Source of the DNA: Octopus vulgaris
Lineage: Eukaryota
Direction of reading: 5' to 3'
NCBI GenBank assembly: GCA_951406725.2
Contig: OX597815.1
Span: 179,118,001-179,182,000, forward strand
DNA: 64,000 bases
Shown here in pieces: positions 38,968 to 53,296 of this stretch; position 1 is the first letter of the stretch, and the number at the start of each line of letters is the position of its first letter. The position numbers and the translations under genes were made by a program. The notes beneath the pieces are model-generated. The model did not search any database and was not told the DNA's origin. It saw nothing but the letters and a program-made list of their open reading frames with translations.

Positions 38968-39041
38968 TAATTTGCCTGTACGGCTGATAATTCGCTTACC
39001 ACTCGTGATGGTATTTTAATAATACCATCCCTATATCTATT

Positions 39042-39131
<90 letters not shown>

Positions 39132-39882
39132 GTACACACACTCACGTATATATAATGTATGTATGCATACGACTCTGCTACCATCCGATCTCCATCCATT
39201 CCTTCAACGGATTGCATGATGCGCTACGTCGCTTTGCTGTACCTTACATGATACGCTAAGATCAATGAGGGTTCAGCCAAACCACTAGAAATAGCAGCCA
39301 ACTATCCCACTAATTGCACCCTATCATCTGAATAAAGAAACTAAGTAGATATTGGATAATATAGTGATAAAATAAAAGTGATCACAACACCTTTGACCGT
39401 AGATCTAACATCAAGACTGACCTGAGAAACAAGAATAATAGCAGGGACAACAATGAGGAGACAAGCGAAAGCTTCGTGTGTATTTTGATGGTGGTTCTAC
39501 CGCAATTCTGTTGCCATGGCAGGGCGATCAAACAAACGAAAGACAAAATAATATCAAAGTGTTGGCAGACAAAAGTTAATTAGAAATGATAATGTTGTTT
39601 AAGAGAGGAATCCGATATTGCAAAGATGAACGTTTGTAGGGAAAGTTTAACAGTTCGATGACTTAGGTTAATTTTATACAACGACATCGGCAAATTATTC
39701 TCATAGAGTGTAAATTAATTAAATAATAATTGAAAATGTAAACACATTTAGCAGAAAAAATGCGTAGGAAGCGTGGAATTTGTATAACGCACACACACAA
39801 ACACAAACACACACAAACACACACACACATTATACATATACATGGGTATTTTATTATACACGCACACACACACACACACACG

Positions 39883-40805
39883 GGCGCAGGTTTGGCTGAG
39901 TGGTAAGACATTTGCTTCCCAATCACATGGTTCCGGGTTCGGTCCCGATGTTGGTGTGGTTGCGTCCCCGTAACTCAAGGGTTCAGTAAAAGTGACTTAC
40001 AAAGAATAAGTACTAGGCTTACAAAGAATAAGTCCTGGGCTCAAATCGTTCGACTAAAGGCAGTGCTCCAGCATGGCCGCAGTCAAATGACTGAAACAAG
40101 TAAACGAATAAAACAATAAAAGAATATGTGTGTCTGAGTGTGTGTGTGTGCGCGCGCGTGTGTGAAGGCGCGTGGTTTCGGGGTTAGAGTATTCGGTTCA
40201 CGATCGTTAGGTCACAAGTTCGATTCCCGGCGGCGTGATGTGTCCTTGAGCAAAACATTTTATTACATGTTGCTACAGTCCACTCATCTGGCAAAAATGA
40301 GTAGTATTACGTACACACACTCACACGTTCGCATACGCATACAAACACGTATACACACACTCACAAACCCCTTCGCACACGCATAAAGGCACACACGTAC
40401 ACACACACACACACACGCGCGCGTTAGCATACGCATACAGACACACACGTACACACACACAAACACAAACTCACACACACACATTATGAATATACATGGG
40501 TATTTTATTATACACACACAGGCGCAGGTTTGGCTGGGTGGTAAGACGTTTGCTTCCCAATCACATGGTTATGGGTTCGGTCCCAATGCGTACCATATTG
40601 AGCAAGCGTCTCCAATCAAAGCCTTGTGACACGGAAACTGAAAGACGTCCGTCGTATGTATATTGTCCCATTCTGTGTCATGCTGAATCTCCCTGAGAAT
40701 TATATTAAGGGTACACTCGTCTGTTCAGTGTTCAACACGTGAATTTTACGAGTGGACCGTTCCGTTGATCGGGTCAACTGAAACGCTCAGTGACAGATGG
40801 CTTAC
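39883..40805 (+). mobile_element. Cluster of partial SINEs (family B 39883-40125, SINE head 40163-40305, B-head/A-tail chimera 40520-40805)
   Basis: Matches to families A and B. A local duplication (tacatgggtattttattatacac..ggcgcaggtttggctg) occurs at ~39840 and ~40493. Confidence 0.75.
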
Positions 40806-40894
<89 letters not shown>

Positions 40895-40994
40895 ATGTAT
40901 GTATATATGCTCAATTTAAATAAACGAATAAAAACAGACGACACGAGGACGTGCATAAGAAATGCTTTAGGTTGATGCACGGTGAAAGGAGAGA

Positions 40995-41028
40995 GATTGA
41001 CGTTTCGAGCATGGCTCCTCGTCGGATC
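40995..41028 (-). ncRNA. Decayed hammerhead in PLE-like segment 40915-41095
   Basis: Minus strand: GAT-CCGACGA-G-GAGC-cat-GCTC-GAAA-CG-TC-aATC. Confidence 0.5.
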
Positions 41029-41879
41029 GCAGAAAGGTAAAAGTCCAAAGAAGGAAAAGAAATCGACAGTAGCACACGAGTAGTTACATTGTTGAAGTGA
41101 TGTGTGTGTGTGTTTTTGTACCTGTGTTTGTCTACCACCGCTTGACAACCGGTGTTGGTGTGGTTACGTCCCAACGTAACAGGCTTAAAAAATAAATCGA
41201 TTAAAATTCTTCAAGGCAGTGCACCAGCATGGCCGTAGTCTAATTATTGAAACAAGAAAAGACAAAAGATTTATGGCATACATACAATATGCCGATGAAT
41301 ACAAATGAGCATACATAGACACGTGGCTATTTAGGTGAATGAAATCCTATGTATAACCATGAGCCTTACTTGCTACAGGCAGTACTCGGTCGATTGTGTG
41401 GGTCCCTAGTGATTATCAGGGACTTATTTAATTGACTCCAAAAAGATGAAAGGCAAAGCCGACCTCAGCGGTATTTGAGCTCAGAAAGTAAAACCGGAAC
41501 AAATACAGCTAAGCATTTTCTTCAGCGCCGTAAAGATTCTGCTAGTACGCCAGCTTATGACTATGTATAATGGATGTTATGTATAGGCGTGGTGAGAAGC
41601 TTGCATTGCAACCACATAAATCCGGGTTCAGTCTCACTGCGTGACACCTTGGTCGTCCACAGTCACTGGCATATTTCTTATAGATTTGTCCATAATTTTA
41701 CCATAACTACTGCCCCAGCTATTACTGGTGTTGTCCTCACAGTTTTCTAAGAAGTTGCCACAGCCAGCTTCTTAGAATGTTATCCAGCGTTCTCCTCTGC
41801 AGTTTTTCTACCTCTTTCAGAGCAATATTTGCTCCAGCAGAACTGCAACTATTACTACCACCTCTACTTCTACTACTGT

Positions 41880-41953
<74 letters not shown>

Positions 41954-42006
41954 GAATCTGCGTTTTGTTGTTATTTCGGAAGCCGGAGAACGATACTGAT
42001 ATATAT

Positions 42007-42171
42007 AGGCGCAGGAGTGGCTGTGTGGTAAGTAGCTTGTTTACCAACCACATGGTCCGGGTTTAGTCCCACTGTGTGGCACCTTGGGCAAGTGTCTTCT
42101 ACGATAGCCTCGGGCCGACCAAAGCCTTGTGAGTGGACTTGGTAGACGGAAACTGAAAGAAGCCCGTCGTA

Positions 42172-42237
<66 letters not shown>

Positions 42238-42456
42238 TGTGTGTGTTTGTGTGTCTGTGTTTGTCCCCCTAGCATTGCTTGACAACCGATGCTGGTGTGT
42301 TTATGTCCCCGTTACTTAGCGGTTCGGCAAAAGAGACCGATAGAATAAGTACTGGGCTTACAAAAGAATAAGTCCCGGGGTCGAGTTGCTCGATTAAAAG
42401 CGGTGCTCCGGCATGTCCGCAGTCAAATGACTGAAACAAGTAAAAGAGTAAAGAGT
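42007..42456 (+). mobile_element. SINE family B, full-length reference copy
   Basis: tRNA-like head, CORE-like segment, internal (TA)n(TG)n and stem-loop tail cagtcaaatgactg. Confidence 0.92.
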
Positions 42457-42464
42457 GTAAAAAG

Positions 42465-42514
<50 letters not shown>

Positions 42515-42600
42515 AAGCATATAAAACAAGGTGGAGAAAATAGTACTCGAATACAGGTGATAGAGTAATACGCTTTGTTAAAAAAACAGCAAAATTATCA

Positions 42601-42657
42601 CAAAATCTGTTACTCAGAGTTTCACGTTCCTGTGTGCCCGTTCAGCGGACAATTTTG
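42601..42657 (-). ncRNA. Hammerhead-like motif with altered core, adjacent to (TA)n
   Basis: Minus strand: CAAAATTGT-CCGCTGA-ACG...CGT-GAAA-CTCTGAG-TA-ACAgATTTTG. Confidence 0.5.
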
Positions 42658-43559
42658 TATAGAATGGAGCATGATAAAGTTATATGCAAAAACACAATTA
42701 CTTTGAAAGGTACACATCTGAAAATGGTTTCGTTTCATTGTTCTCCTTCAAGATCAGATCTTGCTCTCGGTCCAAAAGCACATCCGAATAACATACTGAA
42801 GGCAATTATTCTCTCACACATTCATAACTACTCTTTGTTCCAATCAAAAAGTATTGCTGTTTTCTCAGTTAAACTATCTTGATGCCAATTAAAATTTTAT
42901 TTGCTGTTCTGTTCCTGACTAGTCTAGCTGAGCTATGTTAATAAGAAATAGGCATCTAATTGATTTAATTCTTTGGCGGTGACGTAAGAAGTAATTATTA
43001 TCCACAATATATTCTGATTGTGTTCATACCACGTTGATTGAATTAAGCTTCTATAATTATCCGTTTTAATGCCCATATCTAATAACCAAAAACGCTCTCA
43101 GACATTGCATCCGTTGAAACACGAGGGCTGACATATGCTGAGCAATGAAGCTTGCTGCTGCAGATAAACTAGAACCTACATAACCGAACACACACAATGA
43201 ATGTGTGTACGTTCGCACATACAGACACACGCACACACACAAACTTACATAACATTTTCAAATTTATAACTTCCTCAAAACATAAGCAGTTCACGCGATT
43301 TAGGTTGAATGAATCGGCCCTAGTACTTGTTTTTTTTGTGGGTGGCTTTCTTTTAAACTTGGTACTTATTCTATCGGTGTCTTTTACCGAACCGCTAAGT
43401 TACGGCGATGTAAACACACCAACACAGGTTACCAAGTGGTGGTTGGAAACAAAGATACACGCACACACACACGAACACACACACACATACACACACACAC
43501 ACACATACATATACGACGGGCTTCTTTCAATTTCCGTCTACCAAATCCACCCGAGGTTA

Positions 43560-43803
43560 TATTAGAAAACAGTGGAGACAACACCAGTAATAACTGGGGT
43601 AGTAGTTATGGTAACATTATGGACAAATCTATAAGAAATATGCCAGAGACGGTGGATGACCAAGAATAAGTCTTCCTCCAGTAATTGGTGCACTTGGTGA
43701 CAAAACACACAAAATGCAACCTAAAAGCCTGAAAGAGATTGGAATTGAAGCTTGCATTGATAACCTGCAGAAAAGCACCATGCTATACTCTGCAGGCACT
43801 AAC

Positions 43804-43841
<38 letters not shown>

Positions 43842-43850
43842 TAATAATAA
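43560..43850 (+). mobile_element. R4/Dong-like LINE 3' remnants ending in (TAA)n; inverted homolog at ~41660-41745
   Basis: VETTPVITG, PVIGALG and LQKSTML resemble the C-terminus of REL-endonuclease LINEs. Confidence 0.55.
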
Positions 43851-43854
43851 TGCT

Positions 43855-44215
43855 CCTTTCTGCTATAGGCACAAGGCCTGAAATTATGCACGACCCCAGT
43901 GCATAACTGGTACTTATTTCATCGACCCCGAAAAGATGAAAGGCAAAGTCGACCTCGGCGGAATTTGAACTCAAGAACGTAAGGCAGACGAAATACCTAT
44001 TTCTTTACTACCCACAAGGGGCTAAACAGAAGGACAGGCAAACGGATTAAGTCGATTATATCGACCCCAGTGCATAATTGGTACTTATGTAATTGACCCC
44101 CGAAAGGATGAAAGGCAAAGTCGACCTCGGCGGAATTTGAACTCAGAACGTAGCAGCAGACGAAATACTGCTAAGCATTTTGTCTGGCGTGCTAACGATT
44201 CTGTCAGCTCACCGT
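43855..44215 (-). mobile_element. SINE family C, dimeric, within (TAA)n
   Basis: Two Meta-like cores joined by the cccacaaggggctaaac linker. Confidence 0.85.
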
Positions 44216-44218
44216 CCC

Positions 44219-44280
<62 letters not shown>

Positions 44281-47200
44281 CAATAATAATAATCTCGTGG
44301 GGCTGGTTTGCTTGTCTTTCTTGACGAGATACATTCCATACTATTTTGGATCTGTTCTGTTCAAACATTGTTTCATGTGTGCCATTGTATGACTTTCCGT
44401 CTCCGTTCTGTAATATTGGCAGAACTTCAAACTTCTTTTGCTGCAAATTCTATTATGCCTGTAGATACATTCAGCTTTTGCCAAGACTGGACAACTTGAG
44501 ATATGGTCGATAACTCCGCTGCAGTCACCAAAACATCTTCAGAATTGGTTTTGTTTACTTCTATGTTTTAGGATGTTAGATTTTTTTATTCGACCATATA
44601 TTTTTGCCTACTGAAATTGAAAGATGTTTATATAGCAATAAATTCACATTGGTTCGACTTTATTCCCCTCATAATAGACACAATTAATCTGATATAACTT
44701 CATAGCTCCCAGGTTTCGGGTACTTCCTCTCCTCTGTTGCTGTACCGATCTCCTTTCATTAACACGCTTCAAACTCTATTGTATTTATCGATTTATTCAA
44801 ATTTTTCTCTATTTGTGTGTGTGGGGGGATTGCTCTGTGTGTTCTTCATCAAGTCCTCTTTTCACCTGTTTATAGTCACTTATCCCAACACATATTGTCC
44901 TCTGCCCTCTTCGATACGTCTCATGTATGAACCTATATAGAAATGTTTATAAGGCTTTTAACTGAGTCAAATGCAGAAACCAAAGAAAGATTCCAAAATG
45001 GTTAAATATTCTTATCATCATTAAAACTGTACAAACTTTATTATAGAAGTATAAACTTTATATTACACGTTAATAGATATCAATATCTTCCATGATGGAT
45101 AATTACTTGGTACATCAAACGGAGATCAAAGAAATGGTTGCTTGTTAGTTTTTACAACGTTATATTTTTCTTCCAGAAACGGTATCTTTTCCATCGAATC
45201 TGAGACATTACAGTGCAAATGTCTGTATATATTGGTGAAATAAACTTTGTAATATTTAAAGTTACTTTTATCTTAATTCATAAATAATTCACATCTCGGT
45301 AAAAAAGTAATAAATTAATAGATATTTGAAGAAAGTGATGTTAAAAATAGTTCTTGTGATTAAATACTTTATGTGACGCATCTAATCGGTTTAAATGTAA
45401 ATAAAAGTTTTGTATTGCTTCAGGCAAAAAATGTAACTATCATTAGCTATCGCGTTTATAAAGTTTGAAGTTGTCACCTATGTCGTTATTAGGAAATTTT
45501 TTTGTAATCTTTATTAAATATACTTCGAGTAACGTATGGATACTTGAGGCGAAATAACAATTTCCAATTGAATCTAATGGCAAATTAGTTTAAATCGGTG
45601 TCAGCTTTTCCTCTCGCTGACAATGTAGGTTCTCTTGAATTTTCCTTTATTTCTGATGACTAATTATTTTTGGTATTTCTGATGACTAATTAGATCTAGT
45701 AGTGAGTGGAGCATGCGTCTATACAAGTTATATTTTTGTCTGTCGTTTGTCCTCTTCGTTTCTGCAAAGTTCTTGTTCAAACAAGTTTTGCAGCAGTCAG
45801 GTTTCTTAGATGCTAATTTTCACATCTGCTGCTTGTTCTTGGCTTTTTGTCGGAAACATATTGGTTTTCTGCATACTTTGAATTGCTCTTTGTTATGTTT
45901 TCGAACACAGCTGCGTATTCTTTTGTCGGTGTGTCGAGTTCGCTGTAACAGAACCGGTAGGAAATCTGATATTACCCATATGACACCTTCATTGTCTCAG
46001 ATGTACATCTGAGCCAATGTTTGATGACGGTGTTGCCTGTAGATATAAAAATAAAAATGTTTGCTGACTTCAAAGCTGTTGGCTTGAGGTGTCTCAAGGA
46101 CTGTTAAGTTGATGACATCGTCCTCTCATTTGATGGTGACAACGATGATGATCATTACTTGACGTTTTTGCTCGTGGTAACGCTCAAGTTGTACATACGG
46201 AAAAGTCCATGGTTCGTGTCTGAATAGTAAAACTAAAATAACGACAGTTTGATACATCCATCCAAGACAGGGTTTTTGCTTTTAAAATCTTCCAAAAGCA
46301 ACATGGCTAACATGAAACCTGTTTTCGCATTCTTTTCGGAGATGAATTGTATCAAAATGAGACTTCCGAGACGGAGGAAACGACCTTCCTGCTTTTGAGG
46401 AGTAATCTGAAAAGATTGCCCCTGATAACGTTGCTTTTCTGGACGTTGATTCACAGATTATGGTTCTCACAAGCGTCACTGAAATTGTTAACCAACTATT
46501 GCGCCAGTTATTGCATGGATGAGCTGACCAAACATTATCACCAGTACACTACAGTTCAGTGATTCGGCTGATGGCAGCCAGTGCTGTTTAATGAATATTT
46601 GGACAAGTAGAAAAGTTATTCATCAGAGCGATACCTGATCCGACATGTTGAGTTCTTTGTTTGTGACAGCACGTGAACATGGCCGCCAGTCGCCAAGGGA
46701 AGAGTATTGGAATACACAACCTCATTTCACTCTCTTAGGGAATTGGAAAGTCTTCAGAGGCGGTGCTTTGACGAAACGTCTGTCAAATCTTGTCTTCGTG
46801 GAGGAGCATTACAAATCAGTCAAGACAGGCAATGCATTTTAGAACCTTCGCCATTCCAGATCACAATTCGGCTTTGAAGGAATTTTCTAGTTCTTAGAAC
46901 ACTGTTATAAAGGTTTTCGCTGTTCTCTTTTCTCGTAGCTGTCATACACAGAATATTTTAGAAGCAGAACGCTATTTGAAAAATACGATTCCGGAATGTC
47001 AAATACTTTGAACTGCGGTTTCGTTTCCTGCGTGTCGCGATGAATCATGTTTCATATATATTATAGATATCTTTTACGTTTTTATCTCTTACGTGTTTCA
47101 GTCATCAGACTGCGACCATGCTGGGGCGCCCCTTTGAAGTATGTTTAGTCGAACGAAGTTACAGGGGTGTAAATAAAGCAACTCCGGTTATCAAGCGGTG

Positions 47201-47622
47201 CGAGGGGGCAAACACAGACATGAAAACACACATACACACACACACGCGCACCACATACACACATACGACGGGCTTCTTTCAGTTTTCGTCTCCCAAATTC
47301 ACTCAAATAGCTTTGCTCAGCCCGAGGTTATAAAAGACACTTGCCCAAAGTGCCATGCGGTGGGACTAAACCCAGACCCAAGTGATATTAATTGGAAGAG
47401 TTAATTACTAAAAACGTTAATTACAAACTTCATTAACAAAATACCACGAAAAGTATTTTCTTGAAGAACGTAGGTATTTTGAAATATGAAAACTGAAAGT
47501 AGTTCTTTGAGAATTCTATGGAGGGAATGAATTCCTTTATGCAGTGTTGATGTCAGTTTCTTCTAGAAAGACTATCGAGCATCGGTTTGCTGTCACCCGT
47601 CACGGACAGTGAAATGGTAAAT

Positions 47623-48275
47623 TCTTTTCTACTCTAGGCATAAGGCTCGAAATTGTTGGAGAGAGGGCCAGTCGATTAGATCGACCCCAATACGCAACTG
47701 GTACTTAATTTATCAACCCCAAAAGGATGAAAGACAAAGTCGACCTCGACAGAATTTGAACTCAGAACGTAGTGAAAGACGAAATACCTATTTCTTTACT
47801 ACCCATATGGGGCTAAACACAGAGAGGACAAACAAGGACAGACAAAGGTATTAAGTCGATTATATCGGCCCCAGTGCGTAACTGGTACTTATTTAATCGA
47901 CCCCGAAAGGATGAAAGACAGAGTCGACCTCGGCGGAATTTGAAGTCAGAACATAGCGGCAGACGAAATACCGCTAAGCATTTCGCCCGGCGTCCTAACG
48001 ATTCTGCCAGCTCGCCGCCTTGTGAAACGATAAATTGAGCTAAGGTGGCAAGCTGGCAGAGACGTTAGCACGCCGGGCGAAATGCTTAGCGGTATTTCGT
48101 CTGCGTTGCGTTGTGAGTTCAAATTCCGCCGAGGTCGACTTTGCCTTTCATCCTTTCGGGGTCGATAAATTAAGTAACAGTTACGCACTGGGGTCGATGT
48201 AATCGACTTAATACCTATGTCTGTCCTTGTTTGTCTCCTCTATGTTTAGCCCCTTGTAGGTAGTAAAGAAATAGG
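47623..48275. mobile_element. Head-to-head pair of SINE family C (minus 47623-48020, plus 48042-48275)
   Basis: ctgccagctcgccgcctt ... aaggtggcaagctggcaga are separated by ~20 bp. Confidence 0.88.
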
Positions 48276-48593
48276 TAAATTGAGCGAGAAAGTAGGAAGT
48301 GCTTGAGAAAGAGACATAGTTCAATAACTGAAATGAGATACTAACCATCTTCTTAGTGAGTTGTTCGACAATGTATCGAGCCGACCAGCTGAGTTCCTTA
48401 ATAGAGACTAGAGCAAACGATGACAATGGACAAAATGGTGTAAACTAGATTATGACTCGAAGTAAGATGTACACACTACAGATTTACAATATATTTTGTA
48501 ACGTAAATATAATACCAAATATGCAAAACAAAGGAAAGTTTAGGTCAAATATAGAAAAAATATTATTTCTTAATCTCTGAACGAGAAACATAT

Positions 48594-48975
48594 AGTAACA
48601 GTACTCTAGAGCAAAGATATTTGTCAACATAATGTAGCAACCCTAATTAGGATGACTGTTACTGTTATTTAGCCACAGGAAACATCGCCTCCAGCTGATT
48701 AGCGACACGCTATCTGCATCCTTATCTAGCCGAACCTTATCGCCATCTCTAGCCGAGCAGTTAGTCTTTGCTGATGAGGGAAAATAATCCAGAAACACTT
48801 GGTACACAGATATTGCTCTGAGCTGAGTGGTGACACTAGACTCCCTTGTTCGAAAATATAAGTGCTCAAATAGTGTGTCGATAACTAGCTGGAGACGTTG
48901 TTTCCTGGGGCTAAATAACAGTAACATTCGTACTAACCAGGACTGCCACATTATGTTGGCAAATAATCTTTTGGT
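48594..48975 (+). mobile_element. PLE-like segment with inverted terminal copy; homolog at 63495-63735
   Basis: 48610-48720 is an imperfect reverse complement of 48870-48970. Contains a hammerhead. Confidence 0.65.
48765..48810 (+). ncRNA. Type I hammerhead motif
   Basis: TCTTTG-CTGATGA-G-GGA-aaataa-TCC-A-GAAA-CACTTGG-TA-CACAGA. Confidence 0.65.
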
Positions 48976-49890
48976 CAAACAAGTTTAGGTAAAAGAGACT
49001 GTATATAGAATCAGTATGTAATGTCTAATGGAATGTCGGCTTGACTGACATTAGGTTCGATATAGCTTAAATTTCGAGTCATAACTTTTCCAACGAATTT
49101 TATATAAGAAATAACTATGCAACTAACGATAATTGTGGAAAATATCACTTAGCTTTTAAATCATATAGTTCAAGATATTTATGATAATTAGCCACATCAT
49201 GAAATATATTTAGGACAAACACGCAAGTAAACGAAGAAAGCAAAGACTTAGAATCGCAAGATCACAATTTGGAAACGTTTCGATAATTTTATCTTGTCAA
49301 TATAAATCAATTTTATTAGTTTATATAATTTTTAATACTTGCCATAAATTTATCTTAAGTAGAGTATTTCAAATGAGAGAGTTTCTTTAAGTTACGAGAA
49401 CCACTGTCGCTGAACACACTTTGATTACCATTGTCGTTTACACGTGTGTCACTCATTTTCTGAAACGATGCAACACATTCAACACCAAAATGTGTTTATA
49501 TATTATTTTCTACTCTAGGCATAAGGCCCGACATTTTTGGGGAGGGGGCCAGATTAGATCGACCTCAGTACGCAATTGGTACTTAATTTATCGACCACGA
49601 AAGATGAAAGGCAAAGTTGACCTCGGCGGTATTTGAACTCAGAACGTAAAGACAGACGAAATACCGCTAGCGTGCTAACATTAGAACTAATAGAAAATGA
49701 AGTAAGGCGGAGCTCCAGCATGGCGCAGGCACCCGACCGAAATCATTAAAAGGATTAAGGAATACATAATAATCTGAAGTTAAAGGTAACCTTTTCATAA
49801 AACATAATTCTCTATGAGATTAGTGTTTAAGTTTGGTTCCCGTAACGAAGTAACCTAAAAAAATATGTCACGTGTCTCCTCCTGTCCATT

Positions 49891-49933
49891 GTCTGGAAAT
49901 ATTTCGTCACACACCTGTGACCTCTTCAGCGAC
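49891..49933 (-). ncRNA. Type I hammerhead motif; diverged inverted copy at 50013-50055 (+)
   Basis: Minus strand: GTCG-CTGAAGA-G-GTCACA-ggtg-TGTGAC-GAAA-TATT-TC-CaGAC. GAAATATTTC is palindromic. Confidence 0.7.
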
Positions 49934-50158
49934 TCTTCGATCCACGTGTCTCCTCCTGTTCCGTTTAGTCCAAATCAGAGGAGGAGGAGGAGGCGACACG
50001 TGGGATAGAAGAGACGCCGAAGAGGTTACAGTTGTGTGACGAAAGATTTCCAGATAAGAACAGTAACGAACGAGTGGAGAATGACTAAATAGTGCGTAAG
50101 TTTATTTGGCAAGAAAAACGATGTCCGTCCCGAAATATTACAATATCTGCTTCAACGC

Positions 50159-50590
50159 AAGGCGGCGAGCTGGCAGAAACGTTAGCACGCCGAGCGAATG
50201 CTTAGCGGTATTTCGTCTGTCTTTACGTTCTGAGTTCAAATACCACCGCGGTCGATTTCTCCTTTCATCCTTTCGGGGTGGATAAACTAAGTACCAGTTG
50301 CCTACTGGGGTTGATCTAATTGACTTGCTCCCTCTCCCAAAATTTCGGGCCTTGTGCCTAGAGTAGAAAAGAACATTTATACGAAAAGCAAGGCGGCGAG
50401 CTGGCAGAAACGTTAGCACGCCGGGCGAAATGCTTAGCTGTATTTCGTCTGTCTTTACGTTCTGAGTTCAAATTCCGCTGCAGTCGACTTTGCCTTTCAT
50501 CCTTTCGGGATGGATAAATTAAGTACCAGTTGCATACTAGGGTCGATCTAATCGACTGGTTCCCTTCCTAAAGAGCCTAGAGCAGAAACA
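50159..50590 (+). mobile_element. Two tandem SINE family C copies
   Basis: aaggcggcgagctggcagaaacgttagcacgccg at 50159 and 50390. Confidence 0.88.
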
Positions 50591-51143
50591 AATATCTGTT
50601 TCAACACACGATTTCACATCAGGAAATTTGCGCGACACACTCATAAACGTATATGGTCTTCATTAAGCCAGACTGAATTATGATGATCCAGTTTATTAAT
50701 TATCAGGAGACAAAAGAAAACAGCTGCAGTAAGAAATATTTGTCAAAAGGATAATTAATGATGAATTTCAGTTATTATATTTGAGAAAACAGTTCCACCT
50801 GATATTAGTAATAAGTAATCTGAGGCTGAAGTGAAGAAACAATTTATGAAATATTTTAGCAATATGTATCTGTAACGAATATTATATATAAAGTCATGTA
50901 ATATCATAAATTATGCGTTAATGAAATATTAACTACTATGCGGGGAGCGGACACAAGATCGAATGCTAACTGGCGGCAACGAATCTACTCTGGCTGTTTC
51001 AAGTTGATATTTAAAAAAAAATGTGAATGTATCTCTCGGGTTAGCAGTAACAGAGACACGAGGCTTCGCATTTGGGAAAGGGAGCAGTGGACCCAAATAT
51101 TTGACTGTTGCCATAAATATTTCGCAAATTCAAATAACAACAA

Positions 51144-51270
51144 CGAAGAAGAAGAAGAAGAAGAAGAAGAAGAAGAAGAAGAAGAAGAAGAAGAAGAAGA
51201 AGAAGAAGAAGAAGAAGAAGACAAAGAAGAAGAAGAAGGAAAAGAAGAAGACGAAGAAGAAGATGATGAT
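51144..51270. repeat. (GAA)n microsatellite
   Basis: Direct inspection. Confidence 0.95.
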
Positions 51271-51829
51271 CCTTTCTTTGCTGGCAGTAAGGATCCTTGC
51301 ATACAAACTATGTTATTTGAAAAGAATAAGGCCATCCACAAAGGTGTGTGATACCAGACACAGCGAGTATCTGCAAGTTTCGTTTAACTGCGAAGCTCCC
51401 CACATCCTGTGGAGAGTGATTCGCCAGCTACTTACAATCTCATATGATTTCTACGAATTATTGTATTTCATTTTTGAGTTTGCAATAATTCCCATCGTTA
51501 TTTTAATTAAAATTCCCTTTCTTCTCGTTCAGAGCATTTAGTCATTCCGCCAGATTCTCATTGCTAATTCGAATAATCGTAATTCCCAGCTTCTCTGAGG
51601 GGAGGTTATTTTCCTGGGAGATTTCCAACTTTTGTACCTTGCCTTTAGTCTGGGTTCATTCATATTTTTGTCCCTTCTTTCGCTTATTGCTATCCCTGAC
51701 GTTTTTCTACTTACCGTCTTCATCTCTGCATATGATGAGATAGGAATACAGCTCAGTGTCTCCAGTCGGTCCTCTGCTGGGAAGGAAAACATCCCTGCCG
51801 ATTTCATTATCCAAACTTGTCGGTACCTA

Positions 51830-52450
51830 GTGTAAGTAACTCTAAGAAGGAGGCGATTTCATTTGTCTTTGATTCCGTTCTGCCAATTGTCCGAGGTTGG
51901 ACCAGTCGTGCTCTGAAAACAGCGACAGCAGCTGTGTTTACATCAAAAACCTCACAGTATCTCTTCTCTTTAATGTGCTCTTGCTCTTCTTCTAGACAGA
52001 AAGTCCTCAAAAAGCCATTTCTTTCCACACGTGCTGCTACTGGACCTCGGCTCTGTACCATCTCTCTGTTTGGTTTCCACTCGGATCCCTCTGCGGCGTA
52101 CAATTCCAGGGCAGCGCTGAGGTTTTCCGGTACCATCAGAATTTTGATATCCACAAAAGAAGCCACCACGGCACACGTTGCTGCGTGTTACTCCACGGAT
52201 ACCACCTTCCCTACATGTGTCGCAAAGGCGATGACAAACCAAACGCCAATGTCACTATAAATATCATTTATCCTGACATTTTAAAGTTAATTTTTCTCCG
52301 AGCTAGTGCATTGGACTGGCTTTGCTTGTCCTCTCTTTCCCTCGGTCTTCAATCAATACACACTCTTACATGTGCTTTGTTCTGGTCGAAGGAGTATATC
52401 TCCTGTCGCATGCCGGCCAAGTCTTCCCCCAACTCCATATCCGAGTCATG
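51830..52450 (-). mobile_element. Possible degraded LINE ORF1-like fragment
   Basis: Balanced-composition stretch reading VRINDIYSDIGVWFVIAF..GKVVSV..VDIKILMVPENL with stops. The family assignment is a weak impression only. Confidence 0.3.
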
Positions 52451-52981
52451 TGGAAATTCTCCTTGTTATTCACAACCTATTTCTATGTTAAGAAATAATA
52501 AAATTATCGGTTTTCTGGGTTAAAGCTAGTTCAGTATGGTAAATGATATCGAAATAGGATACTAGTAAAAGCTTGGCAAAATAGATATATAAATAAATAA
52601 ATAAAATAAAAACAGAAACGACGAACAAAGCACAAAATTAAAGTAAATGCGCCGTGCGTGAGAAAGGAAAAGGTAAGACAGCGTCACAGGCATTTGTCAT
52701 TCTTCACTTTAGAAGAGAGAAGAGACAGAACAAATGGAATGTAAGAACAACGTTGGGTTACAGTTGTAACAGACTTGAATGACAGTATGTCGTGCAGCGA
52801 GGATTTTGGTTTTCGATGAGAGTTAGAAATGGTATTTTGGAAATACGAGTGGCCTGCGTGGGAGGACAAAGTCAAAGGAACTGAAGTAGGTTTGATAAGC
52901 GTGGTGGGTGGCATGAAACGAAACACGCGTACAGTATGTTTATGCATATGTGTGCATGTGTGAGCGTATGATTAGAGTGTG

Positions 52982-53296
52982 TGAAGCGTTTTAGTGGTTA
53001 GGATGCTCGGCTCGCGATCGTATGGTTGTGTGTTCGATTCCTAGCATCACGCTGTAATCTTGAGCAAGACACTTTATTTCACGTTGCTCCATTCTGCTCA
53101 GCTGGCAAAAGTGAGTTTTTACCTGTGATTCAAAAAGGGACCAGCCTTGTCACGTTCAGTGTCACGCTGAATCTCAATGAGAACCACGTTAAGAGTACTC
53201 TTGCTTGTGGAGTACTCAGCCAGTTGCACGTTAATTTCCTGAGCACGTTGATCGAGTCAACTGGAATCCTCGTCTTTGTAACCGACGGGGTGCCAT
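52982..53296 (+). mobile_element. SINE related to family A
   Basis: tRNA-like head plus ccagccttgtcac..gctgaatctc..ttgcacgttaatttc tail. Confidence 0.75.

Noticed and set aside
50938-51541. Poly-E / poly-K ORFs
   Set aside because: These come from a (GAA)n microsatellite.
52041-52068. Tudor-like RWYRAEV peptide on the minus strand
   Set aside because: An immediate stop follows, and there is no FxDYG motif or splice support. Likely chance.
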